In this document: in pieces, positions 11,001 to 23,429 of the stretch | How positions within the stretch are numbered: the stretch's first letter is position 1 | How the letters are laid out: the number at the start of each line of letters is the position of its first letter | NCBI GenBank assembly: GCA_964016885.1 | Contig: OZ024740.1 | Location: forward strand, 304,234,001-304,298,000 | From: Eledone cirrhosa | Lineage: Eukaryota | Direction: 5' to 3' | DNA length: 64,000 bases | Notes under the pieces: model-generated | Database searches by the model: none | The model's input: the letters and a program-made list of their open reading frames with translations, nothing else | Told to the model about the DNA's origin: nothing | Program-made: the position numbers and the translations under genes

Positions 11001-14000
11001 AGTTTTCCAAGTGAATATGACAGGCAACACGAAATGAGTCAAGTCTTTGGAAAGAAGTCTTAAAAAAGAAATCTTAGAGATAATTTTAAGAAATGGATTT
11101 GCCACTTAAAAACTGAAGGACAGTGAAGCAATTAAAAACTTAGCACTTATGTTACCATTATTCTGAAAGTACCAAAATGTTTGCATCATAACTAATAGGT
11201 GGATTTAATCACAACTTTAGATGAGTTGCCAGTAAGTTTTTTTAGCATAACAGTTGGAACAATTTAAATCTGGTCAGATTTCAACAAATTTTTTTTTTTT
11301 AAATCTAAGCAGAAACCCAAGCTCAGAATAAAAATAAAAAGTCATCAATTTCTCATTTGGTTTTGTAGTTTTGAAATATGCTTTATGAATGCCCTCTCCA
11401 AGATATATCGAAACAGATTCAGTTATCCAAACCATCACCATGACACCTTTGTGTAACATGCTAGAAGTGTGCTGCAATACTAACCTTAAGTGTAGAAGAT
11501 TGACAGCATCTGAAGAGTAATATACCAAGATTAACAGTTGAGTGTAAAAGTGTGAATGTAAATTGACTAGACATAAAATCTAAACACCGAAGAAAAAAAA
11601 GCATTTCACTAATTGATAGATTTAACAGTACTTGTAATTTAGACAGAAAAGCTGTTTCAGACATATGCAACTCTTTTTTTGTGATATAAAATTGTACTAT
11701 TTTTTAATTTTCACAAGTCCTTGATTCCTGATATAGGGACACCACAGTGATATTTGGCACTTAAACTTGGTCAGAACACATCCCTCTCCAGGTTTGAACA
11801 CAACCAATTCTTGAGAGGGAGAGTGAGAAAGTGTGTGAAAAAGATTTAGGAGAACCGTTCCCAGTATTATATTCAAGTAAGCATCAGAAAAGGCCACTAA
11901 TTCCCTTAGCTTATGACTGCATTTTCATTGAAAATCATGTTAATTAGAAAATGTTTCAATTATGACACTGTTTGGGATATATTTGGAGAAAGATTTTAAA
12001 TCAGCCCAATAAGTGCACACATTTGAGATAATGCAGGTAGAAAAGATAGGAAGAATACTTTAATATCCTCAAGTTAATTATATCCATTAAAACTGAATAC
12101 AATTTACCAGTCATAATGTATTTATACCTGTATACATTCATAAAACAAATACTGGAAATATATTCCAATGTGTTTACCTTAAAGTAAAAAGGTGTTGCAT
12201 CATGTTCATTTATTTGAAGCACTGGTAATCATACTAAATTTTCTTTAGTTACCAATGCTGCTACATTCAAACTATTTACAAATACCACAGTTTTAATTCA
12301 AACTATGTTAAGAAAACAAAAATCAAGTTATCTTAATTCAGTTAATTCAAACAACTAAATCTAAACAGAAATATTGAAAAATTGCTGGACAATCAATTTT
12401 GATACTTTGTCTATATTTGGAAACTAGAACCCCACACATGTCCAAATATCAAAACGATAAGGACAAAAGCTAGCATACTTGGCTAAAGCTGTCATTTTAA
12501 TAAACATATTTTCTATTAAACCAAATTTGTCTTTTAAATGTCATGAAATTTAAGAAATTGAATTCACAGAAGAAAAGTTGTTTTTTTCATCAGTAACAGA
12601 CAAATAACCAACAGAATATAGTTTTAAAAATATCAAAAAGCAAAACCTATAAACAGCTTTGCCTGAATAACCACTAAATACTAATCAAAAAATAAAAATG
12701 AAAAATAAAACGTTTCATCAATATAGAATTAAGAAGTAAAAGTGTTTCAGTAAAACATTTTATTTTATTAAAACTGATTTTCACTTGAGATCAAAAGCTT
12801 TAAATGTTTTCATTAAATGAGAATATCATGCAAATATAAATAATGGTTGGGAGAGAAGAGATATGGGTACTAATTCTACAGTAACTTGCAAGAAGCAACT
12901 CAAAAGCAGAAGCTAACAAAAAAGAAATCATTTACCCATGAAAATAAAAGAACCAGATGTCAGAAGCAATATTTGAAACTACTTTTGACTGATAAATACT
13001 CAGTTCAAATGTATAACTATATCCAACATAATTAACACTAAATTTAAGCAGAATAAACTGACAAGTAAAAAAAAAAATAATATCACACTAAATGGCTAGG
13101 GATTCAGGTAAATAATTTCAAGAATTTAAAATTCCATTAACTATTATCAAGAGATGACAGTAAAAATGTTAAAAACTATATAATCTAATGTTTTGAAACT
13201 ATCAAATTGAGGAAGGTAAGAAAAAATATATGGAAGTGTGAAATTCATTGCTTTCAAAACCAGTGTTAAAAATCTTAGAAGCTTTGAATGTTATGTAGAA
13301 AAAAATATATAAATAAATAAATAGAAGCAAAATCTTTAATCTAGCTGTACGCTAAGAAAACTTAAACAGGAAAGTGCTAGATTGGTTTGAACACTATGTA
13401 TTTATATTGATTTTATTCATTTTTCAAATGAACATGCAAATTGAGTATCACTTCTGCAGTGAGCAACAACTATAAAGATTTTACAAGCATCTTAATTTAA
13501 GAATCACTTGTTTAAAAGGTGAAAGATAGGATCTTTATAATACTTCTTCCCAACATTAACTGTATATATTTTTAAAAATATGAACATAAGCAGCATAGAA
13601 ATAAATGCTCTAATTTCTTTTCACCACATTCTTATTGGTGCAATAAAGAATATTCCCAGAATTTGCACAAGTCAAGTTCTCACCTCAAACTAGCATGAGA
13701 CTGTAGTCTCCAATAGTTGTGAAATACTTTAGGGGGTTCTCGAAATATAAGTATCTAAGGAGAATCACTGATTAAATTGACAGATTTTCTTATGAGCAAA
13801 GTTTATTTGAAAAATGAATAAGTCTAATACACAAATTTCAAAAAACAATTTCAGTTAACATGACTTTTCTTAAAGCTGTTTGGAGAAAAATACAAATATT
13901 GAACTGAATAGTACAAAAAATTCTTTGTGCTAACTGATCAAAAGCAATTTTATTTTCTGAACACTAGCAGAGTATAGAGAATATTGAATGTGTGCATGTA

Positions 14001-14306
14001 TGAATGCTATTGTAGTGTGTATTCTGCAAAAAAAAAAAAAATTAAAACAAAACTGTACTTCCAAATGACTAAAAAGGTCATCCATATGGTACACAATATA
14101 TACGTACTCCAATGGAAAGATGGTACTGGACATTAAATAAACTGAGGGCTAATTTAATTTTTTTCTTCTGCAGACAGTAATTAAATAAACACTTCAGTTA
14201 AGTACTGCTAAAATTCGCAGTTGGAATTTAATCTTCAGAATTCATGGCAACATACAAAATGCATTATTTCCACGGTAACAGTCTTGCCAGCGAATGCTTC
14301 AAGTAC

Positions 14307-14347
<41 letters not shown>

Positions 14348-15881
14348 CACTATCATGAAGGGAAAAGGGAAAATACCCGACATCAAGTTTTGATAATGTA
14401 GCAGTTGCTACGAATGACTTAATTTATATTCCCAGCAAACATTCATGTGAAAAAAGAATTGTGATTAACTGATAGCCAAGTGGGAAAAGGGAAGAGGTGA
14501 GAACAATTTGTAGCAAGAATCAGCATAGAATAAAAGTTAAATCCACAAGTACTGCTTAACAAAAACAGCCTTAACTGTGTTTTAATAGTAAGAAGACTGA
14601 ATTTTATGTAGCCAACTCAAAATAATTAGTGCCAAGAAATATATTAAATTATTTTCAGTCTTAAGACCAAGAAAGGAACTTTCAATGAACAAGTTATTGG
14701 CAGAAAGCAGGCTGAATTTATTTAGGTACATCAGAGTTTGATCTAACTCAGTGAAATCTTTTATAAAAATGTGAACCTTACCCAACAATTTATTTTGAAT
14801 TTCTTTTTCCAGCTATCACAAAATCTTGACAAACTTCGCTAGCAACTCTTCAGCAACCAATTTGGATGAAAATGCATGGGGAGTAAAAAGCATGAAGATT
14901 TTATTCTCACACCAATAAAGTTTTGGACAACAGCACATGGAGAAAGGAACATTTATTTTGTATTTGGTTTAAAGAGCATATCATGCCAAAATAGTAACCT
15001 CTGAGGAAATAGCAGGCCACAAGGCTCAATGCTAGTAATACCTCACTATTGGTCATTGTTAATATAATATATATATTTTAATTACTTGGGCCACAGAACT
15101 TTTGCACATGCTTTAACACAAAACACAACACTTGGATATGTTCAATGATAGAGCTAAATTCTAGCTAGAATAGCAGTCTCTGATTGGCCTGGATGCAGCA
15201 GACCGTTGCAGTACAAGAATATACTACAACTACTTAAACACTACAGCTGGCTAAAGACAGTAGTGTGCAGAGAGCAGCACATACAGTGAGGCACTGCTGA
15301 TGCTACTGGATCCCGTAGGGCAACAGTAGCTTAACTGGAGTGATTGGTTGGAATCAATAACCATCTGTAGGGGAAAGAAGAGTTCACCAAGCAGAACCTT
15401 ATTAAACTTGAAATATAAGAATGTAGATTTTCCCATTAAAGCTAGCAAATAGCTCAACTTATTTAAATTCTTGATAGGAGTGTATGAATTTATATATGCA
15501 CATGAAGAAACACTATGCAACATTAAGAAAGTGCATATATAACACACCAACAGGCACATCTACATAGTATAAAAAAGATACCTGTTAATATAATATTTGG
15601 CAACAGTACACTGATATTCTAACTAATGTATCTGAAAAAATGGGTGGGCTAAGAATAAATTCCTAAATATTTTAATAGTTCCTAAAAAAATTTATTTGTT
15701 GATGCAAGAGAAGGCATCAAATTGAAGCCTCAGCAAAGATCGTCAGCAATATCACCATCAGATGGCTTTCACAGAACTAGAAAGTAAGACATCTTGAGCT
15801 TGGTATAGGTAATAACAGTATGTGATGATGGTTGTTAGTACATGACCAAATGAGGTTCTGAAGGCTGCAGCCAGACACATC

Positions 15882-15944
15882 TCAGTTATTATCTCCTGCA
15901 TCACCACCTTCTTCATCTCCACACTGTGTATCAGACGTCCATAG
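15882..15944 (-). CDS. YWHAZ: 14-3-3 zeta-type, last coding exon
   Basis: ttctAG|CTATGG; LWTSDTQCGDEEGGDAGDNN-TGA. Confidence 0.95.
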   Translation of the reverse strand, partial: LWTSDTQCGDEEGGDAGDNN

Positions 15945-16161
15945 CTAGAAAACAAACAAAGAAAACAAATATAATGGACAATAAAAGATAATTGAAATTA
16001 AAGAAATAGTGTAGATGAGTTTTATGGAAAAAAACTAATTCTATGATTGTACAGCAATTTAAATGCATGAAACTAAACTGAAGATTTCAGCAAGTAGAGT
16101 AGAATAAGTTAACTGGACTCCCATTTCTTTTAATAAACCAGAACTGAAAATAAACAGGTTA

Positions 16162-16287
<126 letters not shown>

Positions 16288-16384
16288 CTATTAACAGGAA
16301 AAGTGAATATTAATTTCAGAAGAAAAAAAAAAGCAGAAAAAAAAAAAAAAACTCTAGGAAAAATTCAATAGAAACCTAACTCAC

Positions 16385-16548
16385 CTGTTTTGCTAAGCAA
16401 CAGGCTTTTTCTGGAGCATTAAGAATTTCATAATAAAATACAGAAAAGTTCAATGCCAATCCCAGTCGAATTGGATGTGTAGGTTGCATTTGGCTTTTAG
16501 CAATATCAAAAGCGTCTTTGTATGCACATTGTGAGTGCCCTAAAACAC
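16385..16548 (-). CDS. YWHAZ: 14-3-3 zeta-type coding exon 3
   Basis: AG/GT bounded, 164 nt; (G)[54 protein letters not shown]. Confidence 0.97.
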
Positions 16549-17128
16549 CTGAAAAATGAGCAAGAAGGGAATTTAAAAACAGAAAAAAATGGTTAACTCC
16601 CTTGAATTAGGAGCACTTACTGATAAGACAACTCAACCGTCGTATATATTAGAGAATAAATTACTGCATAAAAAGAATGTGAACAATGAAGAGACAGTAA
16701 AATGTCAATCACAAATGATTCATTAAAAGTTGACTAACTTAACTATTATTTTTCATGTGGACGACACTAAATTCTTTGCTATAACATGAAAATTCAACAC
16801 TTAATGATTTTCCCCATCACTTCTGCAAACATGTGCAGCCTATGTTCTGCTGATGATGTCTGAAACACGCCTAGGTCTGTCATCAGTATTTGCCAAAACG
16901 AATCATTTAGCCAATATATGCTTACTTCATTATATAGCTATATTTTGTTTGCTTTTTATGTTTTTGGCATTAGTATGCTGACTAACTTAAATGAAAATTA
17001 TATTAACATTGAACTACACAGATGAGTCATCAATAAAAAGACTATTCTATTAGAAGAATTGACAAATATTGCTATGCTATATGTTTTAGAGATAATATCT
17101 TCAAATATAAAAGCATTTAAAACTTCAC

Positions 17129-17252
17129 CTTTCCTGTCTTCACCCTGGGCAACCTCTGCAAGATACCGGTAATAATCGCCTTTCATTTTCAAATAAAATA
17201 CTTTGCTCTCTGTAGTAGATGCTTTTGATATCAAATAGTTCTCAAGAAGATC
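17129..17252 (-). CDS. YWHAZ: 14-3-3 zeta-type coding exon 2
   Basis: AG/GT bounded, 124 nt; [41 protein letters not shown]. Confidence 0.97.
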
Positions 17253-18014
17253 CTTAGAAAAGAAAAGAATAAAAAATATATAGAAAAATCCAATTTTCAT
17301 TTTGACATGGAAAAATGTATCTATAAAAAATAATTATTAAATTCCTTAAAAGCCGATATATTTTGCGTATATATTTTTTTCTTTCTTTTCCTATAGCAAT
17401 TATTTTAATGGTGTTTTTCCGTCATTGGGACGATAGCTAGGAGTCCGATTTGGTACGTTTACACTACGTTAGTTTAGGATTCTGAAAAATATCTTAATAT
17501 TGTGAAACAAGCGAAAATATTGAGGTACCATGATCAATTGGCAACTACTATATGCAAAGAATTTCACACCATTTGTTCGCTATATATCTTTTTTTTTGCC
17601 GAGGAATGAAAAAGTATTCTTTATTTGAACTCATAACAAATAATATTAAATTGTCTTTTGTAATTTCAATTTTAAAATTCTGTAACAAAAAGCGAAAGTA
17701 TATTTCGTAATATCTGAATCCAAAACTAAATTAATATACCAATTACGAAAAAAATAACGGTAACTTTATCAAAACGAAAACTAATGACGATCTTTAACCC
17801 CCCCCCCCCACACAAATTACTGGTCATCATTCAAACTACCATATAAATATAAAGATTACTAGTTTGGGTTTTCATTGTTCGACGTAAAAAGCATCATTTG
17901 GAAGAGGGTGGGGTGTTAATTTCCAACCTTGCATATGAAGGACGGAGAAGAAAAAAACCCACACTATTTTCGAAAATGAAAAAAGTTGGATATATCTTGT
18001 AAAATATATTTTTC

Positions 18015-18054
<40 letters not shown>

Positions 18055-18718
18055 AAATATTAACTTTACAATCCCTGACATTCTGCAATATTTAGTAATG
18101 TAACTGAAACCAACTAGAACTATTTAACAGATGTTTATATATATAGAGAAAACCATAAGTCGATGTTACCACAGTGAGAAAATCGTTAACATTAGGAATC
18201 GAAACCCTACACCCCATTTAAAGGTTTATTATATCGGGATCGAATCCAAAGGGCGCTAACGCAAAATATAACTGAACTATATTAAATTAAATACCATATG
18301 TAGACATTGATAACACTTTTGTTCAGCTGCCTAGGCAACCTAATTAATGATGCGATTTCAATTTCATGTGTTTTAATGTCTCCTACTATAACATCAGATA
18401 CTATAAATTATATAAGATTAATACAGGATAACTATTAAGGAAATATATAATTAAACATTTTTTTTTAGTAACTATGCAAATCAATAGCACATTCTAGTGA
18501 TATCCAAAACTGAGAAACATCTAATCAAAACACCATCTGTAAGTTATTTAATACATTTCTAAATATATTTAAAATTCTATGAAGACAATTTCGAAATAAA
18601 TGTTGAGCTAACAAATGGGAACGCTTGGAGATGAACTGCATTGCAACGAAGAAATGGAAATCAATAGTTATTGCGAAATGGATCTGCGGATAGCTTAGAA
18701 AACAACAAAATCCTAATC

Positions 18719-19245
18719 TATATACACATATATATACATATATCATCATATATACACACACATATATATATATATATACATATTATATATACATATATCA
18801 TCATATATATATACATATATCATCATATATATATACATATATCATATATATATACATATATCATCATATATATATACATATATCATCATATATATATACA
18901 TATATCATCATATATATATACATATATCATCATATATATATACATATATCATCATATATATATACATATATCATCATATATATATACATATATCATCATA
19001 TATATATACATATATCATCATATATACATACATATATCATCATATATACATACATATATCATCATATATACACACACATATCATCATATATATACACACA
19101 TATATCATCATATATACACACATATATCATCATATATACACACATATATCATCATATATACACACATATATCATCATATATACACACATATCATCATATA
19201 TACACACATATCATCATGATATACACATACATATCACACACATAT
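18719..19245. repeat. ~22-bp TA/CA-rich minisatellite in 14-3-3 intron
   Basis: unit CATATATATATACATATATCAT repeated ~20 times; source of the spurious 18671-19219 ORF. Confidence 0.95.
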
Positions 19246-20454
19246 CTAATTGTAGACACACACAGACAATATAAAAAGAAATACAACAATATATATAGTA
19301 ATATGGCGCTTTTCAAGATTCGGATGCGGTCCCAAGCCGATGCTTCATTCATTGTGGACCTAGTTAACAGATCGAGATGGGGGGGGGGGGGTCTGAACAG
19401 CTTTTCACTTAGGTATTAAGTACAGTAGAGTACTTTGAAAAATTCCTTTATCAAACACGAATTAAATTCAAGACTTCCTGCTACCCACAAAATTTTAATC
19501 ATTAGCATCACTATTCTCTCTCTACCCCACTCCAACATCCCATCTAGCGAAATAAGCTGATTAAAGTGAGTAGTAATTGAAGATTGAAGGAGAAGAGTTA
19601 GGGAGATAAAATAAATCTCTGGGAGAGCTGAGGTGCTGATAAAAGGAGTGGAGGATGGTAGGAACTGTTGCCGCCCACTTTCACCAAAGCACATTTCTAG
19701 AATAATCTCAGCCTGAAATACAATGCCAAACATTGAACCCGAGAAATATTTTAAAATCTACTATTGAATTACAGTCATTTTATATGTGAATGTCATTTTT
19801 AAATATCAGAATTTACTCGAGCGACGCTCGGTAAGATACAGAAAGAGCAAAGATGAAACGTTTTTAATCACCAGCAATATGAAATGGCTTACGACTGTAA
19901 CGCCATTTAGTAGCAGTGTGAATTCCGACTGGTACTACTGATCTAGCAGTAGACATACATGAACAGAAATCATTTACACATCGTATTTAAGCTTTACAAA
20001 GCGGTCGATATCACAAAGATGAAATATGGCTAAAAACCTTGAAAAAATTTGTTTGAAAAATTAAATAAGAGATACAAAATATGAATGTCAATCATAATGT
20101 AATTTTTTTTTAAATTTACTTTCAGTTGATTTATGAACCAGATGAAAGTAGTAAGTAAACCAGCCATTAGAGTCTGGCGATAACTAACTGCACTGCATAT
20201 AATTTCACTAATGAAGTTGATGCTGCTGTGCTTCAGAGAATATACTAGTTACTAAGTAAGTAACGGTTCTCCCAGCCTCAACTGACAAAACAAGATACTT
20301 AGACTTAGTAAAATGTGTTGAAATAAAAGATAACCAAATAAAATAAAGAAATAAAATGACAAACAAGAGAATTATTACGAGAGGTAATGATAGAATACAA
20401 AATAAAATAGAAACTAAGAAGACAAAAAATGATGAGGATAAATTGCTTGCTTAC

Positions 20455-20766
20455 CAATACTTCTGTACAAATTGCTTTAAGTTCTAGTTCAACCTTTTCA
20501 CGGTAATGCTTAGCCATCGCAAGCTTCCTCTCACAGTTTTCTGCTTTCGATTCAATGCTGGAGATGACTCTCCACGATGACCGGCGTGCACCGACGACAT
20601 TTTTATAAGCGACCGATAGCAAATTCCTTTCCTCGTTGTTCAATTCTACTCCATTCTCTGTCACTTTTTTCATAGTTACGGCCATATCATCGTAGCGTTC
20701 AGCCTGTTCGGCTAATTTTGCTTTCGCTACTAAATCCTCCTTTGAGTTACCGCTCTGTTCTGTCAT
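20455..20766 (-). CDS. YWHAZ: 14-3-3 zeta-type first coding exon
   Basis: acceptor ttcttAG|gaaaATG; [28 protein letters not shown]...[27 protein letters not shown]...CTEVL|GTaagc; [10 protein letters not shown] indicates the zeta rather than the epsilon group. Confidence 0.97.
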
Positions 20767-20997
20767 TTTCCTAAGAAATGTAAGAGCAAATGGAAATTCA
20801 AAGATATAACAAACGAATTTCAAGGTTAAACTTCCACCTTTTACAAAGATGGCGGATATACAGAACTAATCACTTATAAGTGTGACATCATTTATTATTA
20901 CGCCGTATAAATTTTATAGTGCTGGTTAATTCACAATAACTAATAGCTAGTGAATGTAGAAAACATTACCTAATAGAATGATAATAAATTTACTTAC

Positions 20998-21046
20998 AAA
21001 TTTGTAATTATTTTCAAAGAAGTTAAAGTAGAGTGCCTAGAACTAT
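20998..21046 (-). other. YWHAZ: probable non-coding first exon of 14-3-3
   Basis: GTAAGT donor at 20997-20992 (minus strand); TATAAA at 21079-21074 about 30-35 nt upstream of an Inr-like CATAGTT; the start position is approximate. Confidence 0.6.
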
Positions 21047-21384
21047 GCTGCGGATGGTTACAGTGAAGCGGCCTTTATATCTCATAGATTCTTTCTCCTC
21101 AGAGGGGGTTCCCATTTGTAAGACAGGGTAGGCTGATCTGACGTCAAGGTTACCATGGTCAACGGCAGTGACATAAAAGGATAAATTCTAAATAAAAACA
21201 TTAAATAATAATTATTTATTCAATTAATGTATTTAATAGCTAAACACTCAAATATATATTTTTCTTTAAATATAGTGTATGTTTAAAAAAAAAACTTTTA
21301 CATTCCATCATTCCTTTCAAATTAAATTAACTTCCGGTTCCGTTTATCCATGTGCGATTCTTTAACCAAAGTAACACGTCGAAA
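21047..21384. promoter_or_regulatory. bidirectional promoter 14-3-3 / MRTO4
   Basis: divergent genes; TATA 21074-21079 (-), palindromic CRE TGACGTCA 21139-21146, X-box-like GTTACCATGGTCAAC 21149-21163, ETS ACTTCCGGT 21330-21338. Confidence 0.7.
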
Positions 21385-21412
21385 ATGCCGAAATCTAAAC
21401 GTGATAAGAAAA
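21385..21412 (+). CDS. MRTO4: MRTO4 (Mrt4 ribosome maturation factor) exon 1
   Basis: MPKSKRDKK + 1 nt then GTAAGT; characteristic Mrt4 N-terminus. Confidence 0.93.
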
Positions 21413-21509
21413 GTAAGTTGTTTTTATTTTAAGTGTTTTTCTTTATTCAGTCATCGATCATTATAAAATTTTGATTCTTAAAATCATTTGTATTTTCCAA
21501 TTTATACAG

Positions 21510-21568
21510 TTTCTTTGACCCGTACGACCAAGAAAGGTTTAGAAGGAAAACAACAACTTATACAAAAT
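21510..21568 (+). CDS. MRTO4: MRTO4 exon 2
   Basis: tacAG|...AAT|GTAAGT; (I)SLTRTTKKGLEGKQQLIQN. Confidence 0.93.
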
Positions 21569-22402
21569 GTAAGTACTACTGTTTGTATTTTATTTCAATT
21601 CCTGAATAATTATCAGTATTTAAACATAATTCTAGAATAATTTAAATATCTTTTTATCAATTTGGATTACAGTTGAAAATAAAGAATTTACTCAAGCTTT
21701 TATTTTTATTGAATTAAATTCCAAATTCGAAAACGCTGATTTGGCAGACGAAATAATTATTAAAATCTTATTTTAATTCAAAACGTCTATCCATAGTAAT
21801 TTATATATATATATAACTTAACATATTCTGAATTTTACTTTTACTAAACCAAAAAACTGGAGTCATTTTTATCTACGTCATTAATCAATAAATTTTAAAC
21901 TGCAAAGCTACTCAAACAGTCGTCTCGAACGTTATTATGTTTTTATGTTTTCATAAAAGAAACCTAATATAATCTAATAATTCTTAAGCTAATTAAAATA
22001 ACATTGTTTTAAAATTTTAATTACTTCAAACAACAATTAGTAATCACCACGTGTATCTGTTGAACCAACATAATATCGTGACGTAAGTTCCAGGGTCGCG
22101 CAGAATCTGCCATTTATGTTTAGTTCCCGCTTCTAACCACAACGTTTTGTTTACATTTTGGCAATATATTTATACATTCTTGGAAATCTGAGGCCTAATC
22201 ATCAAACAATCGTCCCCACATTTGATTTGATTTCGCAAGACTATCAGTTAATATATGTCAGTCATGACAAGGCCGGTATCAACTGCCTATATTATGTGAG
22301 TTTCTTATTTCTAGTCTTGCACAGATATTGAAAATATATATATATATTTTTTTTAATATTGCAACTTTTAAAATAAGATTTTCTGTGCCTGGTAAATATA
22401 CA

Positions 22403-22632
22403 TTTAGTCATTGGACTTACGATCATAATGTCGTGGGTTCGATTCCTGGACTAAGTTAACAAAACACTTCATTTCACGTTGCTCCAGTATATTGAAATGA
22501 GTACCAGCAATAGGTGGGATGGAGTTTAACCCTGCGATGAACTGGTGTCCTGTCCAAGGGTGAGTTTTGTACTCTCAGTCGCTTCACACCACGGAAACCG
22601 GGCTGATGAGCCTCCGGGCTCGAAACAGACTT
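22403..22632 (+). mobile_element. tRNA-derived SINE family C (Meta-domain-like)
   Basis: B-box GGTTCGATTCC, AACCCTGCGATG.ACTGG..TCCTGTCCA, GTCGCTTCA...GGAAACCGGG...CTGATGAGCC...CAGACTT; copies 45858-45995(-), 59636-59888(+), head at ~62035-62135. Confidence 0.75.
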
Positions 22633-23325
22633 CAAGTAACATAGACCAGAACGCATGGCTTTTTACAGGTTTACAGGTCCCCCAATTGTTGAGACTGATG
22701 CTTCCGATGTCCTGTGGGAATGAATGTTGACAACAAAGTGGGCAGTTCCTTTCTTGCTAAATCATGTTTTGTCTTTCCTAACAACTTATTAGATGCTGTT
22801 TTATTTTACTGTATTCACTTTATATATGCAATATTGTTTTCAATGGTGAATGTTTTAAACTTTATATAATCGTTTCCACTTATGTACAACGTATGTATTT
22901 TCGAAACCCCCAACATCATTATCAACATTGTTTTTACGTCCACTCTTCGGTGATGGCATGGGTTTGACGATACTTTTTCGAGGCAATATTCTCCGGGCGG
23001 ATGCCCCTGACGCCATGTCTCCACATCCGTTACGGTTTTTATCCCTGGATACCTTTTCTAACGCCCATTTCAGTTTTTTATGCATTATTACTCTTTCTAA
23101 CAACGACCACTTGACTACTGGGTGCATTTGATCGTGGGGCCAACACTACGGTGGTTGACTTGCAAGTAAAGATTCTTCCAAACTTCTAAATTATGATTTT
23201 AATGGAGTTTGGAATAAATATTTGTTCAAATGATAGGTTGAGTTCTGCAGCTTTTGGTTAAAACCAATGTTTCCTTGATGTATATGTAATAGAATATTGA
23301 TGTAAGTTTTATTGTTTTGTTTCAG

Positions 23326-23429
23326 ATTCATGATTCTGTGGATAAATATGCAAGAATTTTTATTTTTTCCGTTGAAAACATGAGAAATGCTCAACTAAAA
23401 GCTGTTCGTTATGAATGGCGACATAGCAG
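23326..23429 (+). CDS. MRTO4: MRTO4 exon 3
   Basis: tttcAG|; IHDSVDKYARIFIFSVENMRNAQLKAVRYEWRHS(R)|GTtggt. Confidence 0.95.

Noticed and set aside
16824-16893. CTGATGA...GAAAC with CTGATGA/TCATCAG inverted repeat in 14-3-3 intron (hammerhead or C/D snoRNA?)
   Set aside because: No stem II or adjacent stem I; on the minus strand box C lacks the purine and the box D position reads CTGC
18671-19219. 182-aa His/Ile/Tyr ORF
   Set aside because: Translation of the TA/CA minisatellite
19295-19365. CGGTCCCAAGCCG resembling a twister ribozyme L4 loop
   Set aside because: The loop is one nucleotide short, the conserved GA before the pseudoknot is absent, P1/P2 are weak, and it is antisense to the host gene
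20767-20823. N-terminal extension in the ORF track ([10 protein letters not shown]...)
   Set aside because: Intronic sequence upstream of the splice acceptor at 20771-72; the real start is the ATG at 20766
22403-22452. tRNA gene
   Set aside because: B-box-containing head continues into SINE body; no complete cloverleaf
22600-22635. CTGATGAG...CGAAAC hammerhead-like string
   Set aside because: The hairpin GAGCC/GGCTC sequesters the core G8-A9, there is no stem I, and it is the ordinary 3' end of SINE family C; other copies lack GAAA
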